Shown: positions 32,428 to 41,491, counted from the stretch's first letter. The stretch: DNA of 64,000 nt from an uncultured Spirochaetota bacterium (GCA_963820525.1 CAWGAA010000003.1:128001-192000); one strand, 5' to 3'. Notes: generated from the sequence alone by a model not told the origin. Translations and numbers: made by a program.

Positions 32428-33276
32428 TCAGAAGTCGAGCTTGTAGGATGCGTTCAAACTGAAAGTCTGCAGCGCGCCGCCGCCTGTGAAGTTTGCGATG
32501 TTGAGCGTCACGTCCAGAACCGACTTCTCGGTGAGAATAAACCCGAAGCCGGCTGCCGCCCCAGGAGAGAACTGTGTGACAGTGGAAGCCGATCCCGTGA
32601 GCCCCGCCGCGACGATGTTTGTCGTCGTGATCCAGTTGACGCCGGCAGAGATTCCCCCCCGAAGCACAACCCACGGGGCCAGCTTGAACTCTCCGCCCAG
32701 CACGGGGCGCAGCATCAGCCAGCCGACGGAGTCCGCGGGGCGGGAGCCGGCGCCGGGCGCTTCCGCTGCCCACGATCCGTTGCCATACACAATCGTAACG
32801 AGCCCGTCGAAAAACACGGTATCCGCGGGCTTCCAATTCAGGCCCACTCCGCCACCGAATGACAGATAGCCCGCCGGATCGATGCGCGTTGTCGTGTTGT
32901 CCAGGTTCGCCCCGGCAAGCGTTGCCGAGGATGAGAGGATCGTCGTGGTGCTGTCCGCAGTCCCGTTTATGTTTGAAATCAGGTTGGCCGCCTGATTGTA
33001 GGAAAACCCGACCCCGCCTCCGACCAGCAGCGTACCCAGCTTCAGCGCGATCAGGATGTCCGCCAGGTTCGTGGGGGCGTTAGGAGCGGTCACGCTCGGC
33101 AGCGCCGCGTTCGCCGCATAGCTTGCGCCGAGCCCCGTAAGGTTTCCCCTCGGCGCTCCGATCACCCATCCGTTCTCATCCGGCCTGTGAAGGAAAAGCC
33201 CCATCACGAAGGACTGGTTCGCGGCGCCGAGAACCACGCCGGCGTTACCGTTGGGGTTTCCCGTCCAATAGCTCAC
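32428..33276 (-). CDS. Outer-membrane beta-barrel-like protein, probably 5'-truncated
   Basis: Gly/aromatic amphipathic strands and terminal Phe (ASYKLDF). No signal peptide; the GTG overlaps the xylB stop. Confidence 0.55.
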   Translation of the reverse strand: MSYWTGNPNGNAGVVLGAANQSFVMGLFLHRPDENGWVIGAPRGNLTGLGASYAANAALPSVTAPNAPTNLADILIALKLGTLLVGGGVGFSYNQAANLISNINGTADSTTTILSSSATLAGANLDNTTTRIDPAGYLSFGGGVGLNWKPADTVFFDGLVTIVYGNGSWAAEAPGAGSRPADSVGWLMLRPVLGGEFKLAPWVVLRGGISAGVNWITTTNIVAAGLTGSASTVTQFSPGAAAGFGFILTEKSVLDVTLNIANFTGGGALQTFSLNASYKLDF

Positions 33277-34817
33277 GGCTTCGCCAGAAGCTTTCCCAGC
33301 GCCTCTTCCCAGGCGCCGTACGCATCACGGTAGGCGGATTGCAGCTCGGGGCGCGGCTCAACGGCACGCACGGCGGCGAGGCCCTCGAACGCCGAGCGGG
33401 CATCGCGATAGATTCCCGCGCCCAGCCCGGCTCCGCGCGCCGCCCCCTGGGAGCCGTCGGTGCTGTAGAGCTCAACGCGGGCACCGGTAGCGCACGCAAA
33501 TGCCTCGGTGAACAGGTCGCTCAGGAACATGTTGGCATAGCCCGCGCGCACCGTGCGCGCCTCCATGCCCATCCCGCCCATGATGCGAAGCCCATAGCGC
33601 AGCGCGAAGACAATCCCCTCCTGGGCGGCCCGCAGGACGTGCCCGATATCGTGGCGATTGAAATCGAGGCTCAAGACCGCGGAGCCGATGTTGAGGTTAT
33701 CCAGTGTGCGCTCCGCCCCATTGCCGAAGGGGAGGATTAAAAGCCCCCCGGAGCCCACCGGCGCTTTGCCCGCCAGAGCGTTGAGCTGCTCGTAGCTCAC
33801 CCGGTTCGACTGCCCCATGAGGTTCCGCCTGATCCAGCTGTACAGAATCCCCGTCCCGTTGAGGCAGAGGAGAATCCCATAACGCGGTTTCTGCTGGCTG
33901 TGGCTGACGTGGAGGAAGGTGTTGACCCGGGACTGGGGGTCGGAGCGCGCGCTTTCCGACACCCCGTAGACCACGCCCGAGGTTCCGGCGGTGGCTGCCG
34001 CCTCCCCGGGGTCGAGCACCTTGAGGGAGAAGGCATTGTTGGGCTGATCGCCGGCGCGATACGCGACGGAAACGCCGGGAAGGAGCCCCAGCTCCGAGGC
34101 GGCCTCTGCGGTGACGGACCCCTGGAGAGAGAAGGTGGGTACGACATCCGCAAGGAGACTGCGCGGTATGCCGTAGTAATCGATCACGATGTCTGAAAGA
34201 CCTCCCTGGCTGAAATCCCAGAGGATCCCCTCGGAGAGCCCGCTGGCCGTGGTCCTGACCTCTCCCGTCATTCGCATCGCCACGTAGTCTCCCGGGAGCA
34301 TTGCCTTATGGGCTCGCTTGAAGATATCGGGCTCGTTCTGCTTGACCCAGGCTATCTTGGAAGCCGTGAAGTTCCCCGGGGAGTTGAGCAGATGCGAGAG
34401 GCAGACCTCTCGGCCTATCTCGCGAAACGCCTCCTCCCCGATATCAACCGCGCGGCTGTCGCACCAGATGATCGCCGGCCGCAATACCGCGCGAGCCTTA
34501 TCCACGAGCACCAGGCCGTGCATCTGGTAGGAGATCCCGATGGCGGCCACCTCTCGGCCGAGGCCGGCCGCCGACGCTCTGCGCGCGGCCGGGGAAGCCT
34601 CGGCTTTTTGAAGCATCTTGCGCGTGGCGAGGACCACGTGGCGCCACCATTGCTCGGGATCCTGCTCGGCCCAACCCGGCCTCGGCGCTGAGATCGGCAT
34701 CTCCTGGTCTGGAGAAGACGCCGAGGCGACGGCCGTGCCGCTTTCGGCGTCGAGGAGCGTTGCCTTGATGGAAGAGCTTCCCACGTCGTAACCCAGGAGA
34801 AAGCGCTTTGCAGCCAT
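33273..34817 (-). CDS. xylB: Xylulokinase (FGGY family)
   Basis: LGYDVGSSSIK, WAEQDP, ISYQMHG, AIIWCDSR, PGNFTASK, GDQ, GTSG. Confidence 0.88.
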   Translation of the reverse strand: MAAKRFLLGYDVGSSSIKATLLDAESGTAVASASSPDQEMPISAPRPGWAEQDPEQWWRHVVLATRKMLQKAEASPAARRASAAGLGREVAAIGISYQMHGLVLVDKARAVLRPAIIWCDSRAVDIGEEAFREIGREVCLSHLLNSPGNFTASKIAWVKQNEPDIFKRAHKAMLPGDYVAMRMTGEVRTTASGLSEGILWDFSQGGLSDIVIDYYGIPRSLLADVVPTFSLQGSVTAEAASELGLLPGVSVAYRAGDQPNNAFSLKVLDPGEAAATAGTSGVVYGVSESARSDPQSRVNTFLHVSHSQQKPRYGILLCLNGTGILYSWIRRNLMGQSNRVSYEQLNALAGKAPVGSGGLLILPFGNGAERTLDNLNIGSAVLSLDFNRHDIGHVLRAAQEGIVFALRYGLRIMGGMGMEARTVRAGYANMFLSDLFTEAFACATGARVELYSTDGSQGAARGAGLGAGIYRDARSAFEGLAAVRAVEPRPELQSAYRDAYGAWEEALGKLLAKP

Positions 34818-34922
34818 GAACCGGGCTCCTTTCCTTTCTCAGGGATGGTATCAAGGTTATATACCTTCAAGCCCCGCGGGGAAAAGCCGTCTCCCGCGGT
34901 TTTCATTCCGCGATCCCTCACG

Positions 34923-34951
34923 TTGACTCCGCAGCCGCCGGGGGTTATCCT
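34923..34951 (+). promoter_or_regulatory. sigma70-type promoter
   Basis: TTGACT-N17-TATCCT upstream of the 35037 ORF. Confidence 0.55.
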
Positions 34952-35036
34952 CGGTGTCGGGGCTCGATGCGGTATCGAGGAAGCCCCGCGCGCGTGTTGA
35001 ATTCTATAAGATGCCGGGAATCCGAGAGGAGGCGTC

Positions 35037-35297
35037 ATGGCAGGCGACATCGTGAACGAGTTCAAGGTCAGGGGTGAGGAGTTGCTCAAGAAGATCAGGG
35101 ACCTGATCCACGAGGGAAATGTCAGAAAGATCATCATCAAGGACGACAAGGGGAACACGTACCTCGAGTTTCCCTTGACCTTCGGAGTGGTCGGCGCCGT
35201 GCTGGCCCCCGTATGGGCCGCCATCGGGGCCCTTGCAGCGATGGCGTCGAATTTCACCGTGGAAGTTGTAAAAAAGGACGAAGAGCAGAAAACCTAA
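35037..35297 (+). CDS. DUF4342-type small protein
   Basis: EFKVRGEELLKKIRDLIHEGNVRKIIIK..LEFPLTFGVVG; GGAGG RBS. Confidence 0.85.
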   Translation: MAGDIVNEFKVRGEELLKKIRDLIHEGNVRKIIIKDDKGNTYLEFPLTFGVVGAVLAPVWAAIGALAAMASNFTVEVVKKDEEQKT

Positions 35298-35318
35298 GAG
35301 GATTTTGCCCGATACGCT

Positions 35319-35513
35319 TCAGCGCCGGCCGCCTCCCAGAACGCGCGCCGGCAGCATGAGTATGGCCCGCACGAGGTCGAACACGGCATCCAGCGTGAAC
35401 CCGACAATCCGAAAGGGCAGCAGCACCAGCCACAGGATCGGATAGAGGATGAGCACGACCAGGGCCAGGGGCCAGCAGATCACAAGAAGTATGAACCAGA
35501 GAAGAATTCTCAT
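35319..35513 (-). CDS. Small hydrophobic membrane protein
   Basis: MRILLWFILLVICWPLALVVLILYP..LLPFRIVG; GGAGG RBS. Confidence 0.75.
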   Translation of the reverse strand: MRILLWFILLVICWPLALVVLILYPILWLVLLPFRIVGFTLDAVFDLVRAILMLPARVLGGGRR

Positions 35514-35600
35514 GGAATTGCCTCCATCAGGGAAAAGGTTCCCAACCAGCCCTGCTGGGATACCCCCGGCGGGGATACCATAGTAGGGCTGCAATATCGA

Positions 35601-35682
35601 TGTCAAGTTGCATTGTTTTTATGCTTGACAATTCCAGGCATGTATGCTACTTAATTAGTGTATTAGTTAATTAGGACACTAA
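35601..35682. promoter_or_regulatory. Back-to-back -35 boxes plus a 28-bp palindromic operator (YtrA/GntR-like)
   Basis: TGTCAA at 35601 and TTGACA at 35625; TTAGTGTATTAGTTAATTAGGACACTAA at 35655-35682 directly before the AAGGAGG RBS. Confidence 0.7.
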
Positions 35683-35696
35683 GAAGGAGGAAAATC

Positions 35697-35972
35697 ATGT
35701 CCGACAGTAATGAGAAGTTGGATCTGGCACGGAGGATCGCGGTAAGGAAAATGAGCTTCATCAGGCACGCGATCGTCTATCTCATCGTGATGCTCGCCCT
35801 GGTGCTCATCAACAACCTGACGTGGAGCGGCTACCAGTGGTGGCTCTGGCCGGCGATCCTGTGGGGAATCGGCGTCAGCGCCCACTTCGTCTCCGCCTAC
35901 CTCCCGCGGGAGGGGAGCCTGGTGGACCAGCTGACCAAGAGGGAAATGGAGAAGATGGATGAAAAGAAATAG
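35697..35972 (+). CDS. 2TM-domain protein
   Basis: FIRHAIVYLIV..INNLT..WWLWPAILWGIGVSAH. Confidence 0.88.
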   Translation: MSDSNEKLDLARRIAVRKMSFIRHAIVYLIVMLALVLINNLTWSGYQWWLWPAILWGIGVSAHFVSAYLPREGSLVDQLTKREMEKMDEKK

Positions 35973-36876
35973 TCTCAGCCCCATCGACATCCTGGGAATC
36001 ACCCTCGGAACCATCGTTATCCTGCTCGTCGTGGTCGGGATCATTTTCGTCGCCCGTTTCGGGCCGGTTCGCGGGCCGTGGTTCCCGGGCCGCCACTGGG
36101 CGGAAGAGTTCGGCCATGACTGGTCCGAGGAGTTCTCGGGAGGCGGCGCGCTGCGGGAAGAGAAAGACCAGAGCATTGCAGGAAGCTTCCGGGAAGTCGA
36201 GATCCAGAACGTGGCCGGAGAGATCAGGATATCCGGCGGGTCTGCCGGCGAGGTTCAGGTGCACTCGGTCAAAACCGCTTCATCCGCCCGCGCCATGCAG
36301 GCGGTGCAGGTGGAGATCGAAAAGCAGTCAGAACGCCTCGTGATCCGGGAAAAACGGGAAGACTGGCCCCGGTTCCGCTCGGGATCCATCTCGTACACGG
36401 TAACCCTTCCCCGTGGGGTGAAGTCGGTCGTCGCGCACTCGGTGAGCGGCAGCATCGAGGTTTCCAACATTGAGCCGGGGCTCGATCAGCGGCTGGAAAC
36501 GATCTCGGGGAGCATCAGGACCGACAGGGCGCACAACCTGTGGGCCAACTCGACGAGCGGCCAGATCGACTTCGCCTTCGGGGGGCAGACCCTCGAGGCG
36601 CGCTCCATCTCGGGCTCCGTCCAGGGCGATATCCAGTCCATCGAGAAGGGCGGATCGGTCAACATCAGCACCATATCCGGCGCCGTTTCACTCGACGCTT
36701 TCGCGGGACTGGATGCGGGCCTCAACCTGCGCAGCCTGAGCGGGCATGTGTCGTGCGATTTTCCCGTCACCATCTCTTCGCAGAAGAACAACTCACTGGA
36801 GGGAAAGATCGGGGGCGGAAGCATTCCCATTACGATCAACTCGGTCAGCGGCTCCATCAGAATAGACAAGAGGTAG
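35959..36876 (+). CDS. DUF4097-type membrane-anchored beta-strand-repeat protein
   Basis: N-terminal TM helix followed by repeated (S/T)(V/I)SG(S/A/Q)I motifs. Confidence 0.88.
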   Translation: MKRNSLSPIDILGITLGTIVILLVVVGIIFVARFGPVRGPWFPGRHWAEEFGHDWSEEFSGGGALREEKDQSIAGSFREVEIQNVAGEIRISGGSAGEVQVHSVKTASSARAMQAVQVEIEKQSERLVIREKREDWPRFRSGSISYTVTLPRGVKSVVAHSVSGSIEVSNIEPGLDQRLETISGSIRTDRAHNLWANSTSGQIDFAFGGQTLEARSISGSVQGDIQSIEKGGSVNISTISGAVSLDAFAGLDAGLNLRSLSGHVSCDFPVTISSQKNNSLEGKIGGGSIPITINSVSGSIRIDKR

Positions 36877-36897
36877 CGCGAATACTCAATCGAATCG

Positions 36898-36924
36898 AAA
36901 AAGCCCGCTCCGGCGGGCTTTTTT
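36898..36924. terminator. Bidirectional intrinsic terminator
   Basis: AAAAAGCCCGC-tccg-GCGGGCTTTTTT. Confidence 0.9.
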
Positions 36925-37182
36925 ATGTCCTTCGCGTCGTCTCTGCCCGAAAGCGGGGTGCCCCGGCCTTCAGAGCTTCCGTACCGCCTCGTTCCACTGC
37001 CTGAGGGTGCCGGCGAGCACACGGGCGGCCGCAGAATCCGGCTCAAGCGCTCGAGCCCTCGATCGGAATGAGGCCGTATGGCACTGCGATGGAAACCCGG
37101 GTCATTCTCATCAGCGCAAAGGCGACCCCGTCGATGGTTGCGCCGCGCTTGGCCTCGTACTCCGCGGTCCTTCGCCCGCCGA

Positions 37183-37731
37183 TCAGGTGGATCCCCACCT
37201 GATCCGCACTCCAACGACGGGAGTGTAGATCAGCACGTCTTCGAAGGGCATTCCGGGAATCAGATTGCCGAGCACCTGGAAGCCGGCGTAGCCCACAAGC
37301 TGCATCCATCGGGTGACGGGAATGCCCAGCTCGAGGTTCAGCTCTCCAAAAGCGGCCATGAAGCCGGAGGGATTCTCGAAATCGACGGCAAGCCCGCCGA
37401 GCCCGAGCCAGAGATTCACCGCCACGGTGAAAGGGCCGATGCGAAGCTCCTGCCCCGTGATCAACCCCCCGATGCCTCCCGAGATATCGGGCTGGCCCGC
37501 CGTGGAGCCGATGCCGGTGAAGGCCATGCCGAATCCACCGATCCTCTGGCCGTCCGCGGAGACCCCGTAGCCGAAGCCGCCCACGGAGAAAGCGCTGAGA
37601 TCCCTGTTGGCGAAATCTGGATCGTAGTACTGCGAGCCGAAGGTGATACCGCCCCCGCCGTGGGCAAAGAGGGGACAGGCGGCGAGGGCAATCAAAAGGG
37701 AGATGACCGAAATGACGCGAAGCCTTCTCAT
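37183..37731 (-). CDS. Small exported Gly-rich outer-membrane beta-barrel-like protein
   Basis: Signal peptide MRRLRVISVISLLIALAACPLFA and amphipathic Gly/aromatic strands; directly downstream of the caspase gene (alternative ATG at 37746). Confidence 0.75.
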   Translation of the reverse strand: MRRLRVISVISLLIALAACPLFAHGGGGITFGSQYYDPDFANRDLSAFSVGGFGYGVSADGQRIGGFGMAFTGIGSTAGQPDISGGIGGLITGQELRIGPFTVAVNLWLGLGGLAVDFENPSGFMAAFGELNLELGIPVTRWMQLVGYAGFQVLGNLIPGMPFEDVLIYTPVVGVRIRWGST

Positions 37732-37754
37732 GTCAGATTCCTCCATGATGCGTT

Positions 37755-40052
37755 CTACAGCTGCGCTCCGATAAACAGACGCGGAGCGAAACGAGCTGCC
37801 TCCGTGCGCGTCCCGTCGGGCTCTGATGATATGTACGGCAAATACATGTCAACAACCGCCCCCGCAGTCACGGCCATACCGAACACGGGCAGCCCGAGGG
37901 TGGCTTTGAACTGCGGCAGCATGTTCCCCGCCTCGGTCACGTACCAGTCGGCGCCGCCGACGTGCACGGACTGCAGGGTGAGATCGAGGTCGAGGAAAAA
38001 GGGCGAGAGAGGAATATGCCCCCCGAACCCCACGCCGTATGACCAGCGCACGGGGTCGCTTCCCTGCTCGTAGCCCGCCGTGAGCAGGGTATGGGTATAG
38101 CGGGAGCCGAGCTTGAGGGCCGCGTGCCAGCTGGAACCCGTGTCCCACCACATCTCCAGCTCCTGCCTCCCGGCAAGCTCGAAGGTGAGAAGGCCGAACG
38201 GGATCCCGTCGATCACCCGGGCGAAGTTGAAAAGCCCCACCTGGGTGCCCTTCACGGTCCCCGCGATGTTCACAAGCCCCACCTGGGCTCCGTTGACCGT
38301 GTCGGCCACGTTGACCACGCTTATCTGCGGGCCGGCCACTTCCGGAGCGTAGTTGCCCACGCCGGAGATCTGGGCGCCCCTGAAGCGGTCCTGCGACCAG
38401 TTGAACACGCCGGCGATCTGGGCGCCGCTGGATTCCCCGAAGGTCACATTGGCAAGCCCGGAAACGGCGACTCCCTTCTGGCCTCCCGCGGCGATGCACG
38501 AGATTCCAGCGGCCTGGAATCCGGAGGCGAAACCGCCGGTATAGTTGACAATCCCGGCCATCTGGAAGCCCGACGTATCCTCGAGGTTCAGGTTGACGAT
38601 CCCCGCGCTCTGGAAGCCGGAGAAGCTTCCCATGTCGAAGTTGACGATCCCGGCCATCTGCATGAAGCGGCTGTCACGGCCGGCGAAATTCCCGATCCCG
38701 GCCAGCTGCATGCCCCGGACCTTTCCGAGAACGAGGTTTGCAAGCCCGGCCGCCTGGTAGCCGCTCATGGTCTCGGATTCGATATTGGCCAGAACCCCCG
38801 CCTCGAATCCGCTCATGTTGGCGGAGGTTCCCACCAGCATGTTGATGACCACGTTGCGATCCGTTTGGGAAGAGAAAAGCCCATCCTTCAAGTCGGGAAA
38901 GAAGGAGAAGGTGAACTCCTCGACGCGCCGCGGCTTTTCCGTGATGTCGGACGCCGGAGGCTCGTCCTCGGCGTCGCCGCGCGGGATGGTCCTGTCCGCG
39001 GAGAAAGTCCACAGATCCGTGGAGGAGAGGACGCTGCGCTTGTTCGCCGAGATCTTCACCTCGGCGCGATAGCGCGTGTCCTTGGCGTCGAGCACGACGG
39101 CGTAGGCGCCGGGCTCCAGCCCGAGCTCCACCTTCTGACCCTCGGGCTTGTTCAGCTCCACCGCCAGCACGCCCCGGGCGTCCCGGATGTAGAGCCGGCC
39201 CGACACGTCCTCCGCCACGATGAGCCCGGCGGACGCGGCCCGAAGGTCCGTGAGCACGAGGTCTCCCGAGCCGGTGAGGTTGATATCGTAGGCGGGGTGC
39301 TGGGGTCCGTACTGGGTCTTCTCCGTGGAGGCGAGGGTCTCCTGGAAAGCGAAGGCATATGCTTCGTTCAGGGTCACCAGGCCGTCACCGTTGGCATCCG
39401 CGGCGCCGCGAAGACCGGAGACGAGGTAGTGGGTGAAGAACGACGCCCCGATCTTGTCGGATTCCTGCGCCGACTCCTCCGCGGAGCTTGAGGTGAGAAA
39501 CGCGTGGCCCTTCATGTCGGTGGAAGCGTCGAAGAGGAACGCGGGCCGCCAGGTCCCACCCTTGGTCCGGGTGAGGGCTCCCGAGGCGCAGGAATCGAGC
39601 ACCGCCACGCGAACGTCCGAGGGGACGTCCACGATCTGTTTTCGAAGCTCGTCGTAGGGGAAGCTTTCCGTTCCGAGGATCAGCCCCTCGTCGTCGGAGT
39701 GGCCGGAGTAATAGATGAGAAGCTCCCGCCGCTCTCCGCCTTCCCGCTCGCTTTCCATCATCGCCTGGACGCGCCGCAGGCCGTCCTGGAACTCGGACAA
39801 GCGGGGGTCGATGAGCAGGAGCATGTCGCCGTCCTTTACTCCCCCGAGCTCCTTGAGCACGGTGGCGAAGCTCCTGGCGTCCGAGGTGGCGTATTTCAGC
39901 TTCATCCGCGTCGGGCCTCCATTGTTGGAGCCCGCCACCAGGGCGAAACGGCGAAGGGGTACGACGCCGGAGCCCGCTCCATCCGCCGTCAGGGGGATGG
40001 CTCCGACCAGAGCGAAAATGAGAGCCAGACCGAAAAATGACCTTCTATCCAT
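37755..40052 (-). CDS. Exported caspase-family (C14, metacaspase/orthocaspase-like) protease with LA_2272-like repeats and a C-terminal beta-barrel-like region
   Basis: Signal peptide; RFALVAGSN, YYSGH118, VLDSC155, AQES..FTHYLVSGLRGAAD.NGDG.VTLNEAY; 14-16-aa G.Q.AG..N repeats; terminal strands ending FIGAQL. Confidence 0.9.
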   Translation of the reverse strand: MDRRSFFGLALIFALVGAIPLTADGAGSGVVPLRRFALVAGSNNGGPTRMKLKYATSDARSFATVLKELGGVKDGDMLLLIDPRLSEFQDGLRRVQAMMESEREGGERRELLIYYSGHSDDEGLILGTESFPYDELRKQIVDVPSDVRVAVLDSCASGALTRTKGGTWRPAFLFDASTDMKGHAFLTSSSAEESAQESDKIGASFFTHYLVSGLRGAADANGDGLVTLNEAYAFAFQETLASTEKTQYGPQHPAYDINLTGSGDLVLTDLRAASAGLIVAEDVSGRLYIRDARGVLAVELNKPEGQKVELGLEPGAYAVVLDAKDTRYRAEVKISANKRSVLSSTDLWTFSADRTIPRGDAEDEPPASDITEKPRRVEEFTFSFFPDLKDGLFSSQTDRNVVINMLVGTSANMSGFEAGVLANIESETMSGYQAAGLANLVLGKVRGMQLAGIGNFAGRDSRFMQMAGIVNFDMGSFSGFQSAGIVNLNLEDTSGFQMAGIVNYTGGFASGFQAAGISCIAAGGQKGVAVSGLANVTFGESSGAQIAGVFNWSQDRFRGAQISGVGNYAPEVAGPQISVVNVADTVNGAQVGLVNIAGTVKGTQVGLFNFARVIDGIPFGLLTFELAGRQELEMWWDTGSSWHAALKLGSRYTHTLLTAGYEQGSDPVRWSYGVGFGGHIPLSPFFLDLDLTLQSVHVGGADWYVTEAGNMLPQFKATLGLPVFGMAVTAGAVVDMYLPYISSEPDGTRTEAARFAPRLFIGAQL
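38200..38816 (-). repeat. About 13 tandem 14-16-aa beta-helix-type repeats (48/42-bp period)
   Basis: SGYQAAGLAN, RGMQLAGIGN, SGFQSAGIVN, SGFQMAGIVN, GAQIAGVFN, GAQVGLVN, GTQVGLFN. Confidence 0.9.
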
Positions 40053-40058
40053 TGAAGT

Positions 40059-40865
40059 TTATCCTTGTTTCCTGAGCGTCATCGAGAACATGCTCACCCC
40101 GGAGGGAAGCCGCAGGCTTTCCGTATCCGCCGTTCGCGGCTTTGAGGTGAGGGCGCGCGCCGCCAGGGCGATCTTCTGCACGTCGAAGGGAGAGCGGGCG
40201 TACACGAAAAAGAACCTTTCGAACCCCGGAGCGTCATCAAGCTCGTAGGCGAAAGGGAGCACCGCCTGCCCCTGCCTTTCGAGCTCGGGGGAGTTGAGCG
40301 ACTGCCCCTTGTAGTTTCCAGGCAGGTGGTAGGTAAGGACGCCGCGGCCGTCCACGGAAAAGATCACGCCATAGCGCGCTTCCCCGCCCACGTAGCCGAT
40401 CTGAAGGACGTCCTTGGGGTGGACCGCCGAACCGTCCACCAGCTCCTCCGCCCTTCCCGAAGTCTTCTTGAATATGGTGAGATGCGGATTACCGCCCTTC
40501 ACCCTCGTCACCTCCGCTCCCGCTGCCCGCGCAAGGAAAGGCAGCATTGCGTCGCGCAATGTGAAAAACGAGATCAGCACGAGGGCCGCCGCTGCCGCCG
40601 GCAGGATGTAGGGCAGATACGAGCGCCTCCTCGGCTCACGGGCCCGCCCTTCCCCGAGCCTCTCCCGGATGCCGGGGGCCACCCGCTGGGGCGGGTACAT
40701 TGAAAGAATCTCCTGGTTGGACCGCTCGATCTCGGAGAGCCTCGCGCGGAGCTTCTCGTCCGCCTGCAGGGCTTCCCGGACTCTTTGGCTCTCCGCGGCG
40801 GGAAGCTCCCCCAGGACATACTGCTCCAGATGGAGATCCGATACCGTCCATGACTCGCGCCTCAT
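40059..40865 (-). CDS. Putative anti-sigma factor: cytoplasmic helical domain, one TM helix, periplasmic DUF4384/ActD-like domain
   Basis: LEQYVLGEL..L..I anti-sigma-like N-terminus without Cys, TM at about residues 83-103, TRVKGG, FSVDGRG, YELDDAPGFERFF. ATGA-coupled to the ECF gene. Confidence 0.75.
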   Translation of the reverse strand: MRRESWTVSDLHLEQYVLGELPAAESQRVREALQADEKLRARLSEIERSNQEILSMYPPQRVAPGIRERLGEGRAREPRRRSYLPYILPAAAAALVLISFFTLRDAMLPFLARAAGAEVTRVKGGNPHLTIFKKTSGRAEELVDGSAVHPKDVLQIGYVGGEARYGVIFSVDGRGVLTYHLPGNYKGQSLNSPELERQGQAVLPFAYELDDAPGFERFFFVYARSPFDVQKIALAARALTSKPRTADTESLRLPSGVSMFSMTLRKQG

Positions 40866-41347
40866 GACTGGGCCTCCTCGAGCGCCCGCGTGCGCGTCTT
40901 GAGCGCCGCCAAACGCTTTCTTACCCCGGAGACCGAGAGCCCCACGTGGGAGGCCACCTCCTCCAGGGTCATCTTGTCCACATAATGCAACACCGCCATG
41001 GTGCGCGTGGACGACTGCTCGCGCCGAAAAATCCGCTCGAGGAAATGCCGTGTCACCGCCATTTCCTCTACGTCCTCCGCGGACGCGACAGTAAGGAGGA
41101 TTTCGTCACCGGAGATCTTCGGGTGCCGCCGGTCCGAGCGCAGCATGTTCAGGCAGACATTGGTGGCGATGCAGTACAAAAGGCTCGATGGAGCCCGATC
41201 GTTCAGCCGCTCGCTGTGGCGGAGCACGCGGACGAACGTGTCCTGCATCGCATCCAGGGCCCGCTCCTCGTCGCCGAGGAGCCGTCTGCACCTGCGCAAG
41301 ACCATGGGACCGTACTTATTGTAGAGAGCTTCTACGTTCAGCGCCAA
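40862..41347 (-). CDS. ECF RNA polymerase sigma factor
   Basis: Region 2 LYNKYGPMVLRRC..DAMQDTF..LYCIATNVCLN; region 4 MTLEEVASHVGLSVSGVRKRL. Start is TTG 41347 or ATG 41368. Confidence 0.93.
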   Translation of the reverse strand: MALNVEALYNKYGPMVLRRCRRLLGDEERALDAMQDTFVRVLRHSERLNDRAPSSLLYCIATNVCLNMLRSDRRHPKISGDEILLTVASAEDVEEMAVTRHFLERIFRREQSSTRTMAVLHYVDKMTLEEVASHVGLSVSGVRKRLAALKTRTRALEEAQS

Positions 41348-41491
41348 GGGGATCCCCCAATCCTCCATTGACTATAACACGAAAGAGGGTGAAAAATGGT
41401 ACCGGACAATTCGGCGCGCACGCAGTGACACTTGGCGGCGGACCCCGTGTTCCATTGGTGTCTGAACCACGGACACAATGGAGGTTTACCA

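Noticed and set aside
37755..40052. Caspase as part of a gasdermin/NLR-type cell-death defence system
   Set aside because: It has a signal peptide, and there is no gasdermin, NACHT/STAND, TIR or CRISPR gene nearby. The ECF context fits signalling better.
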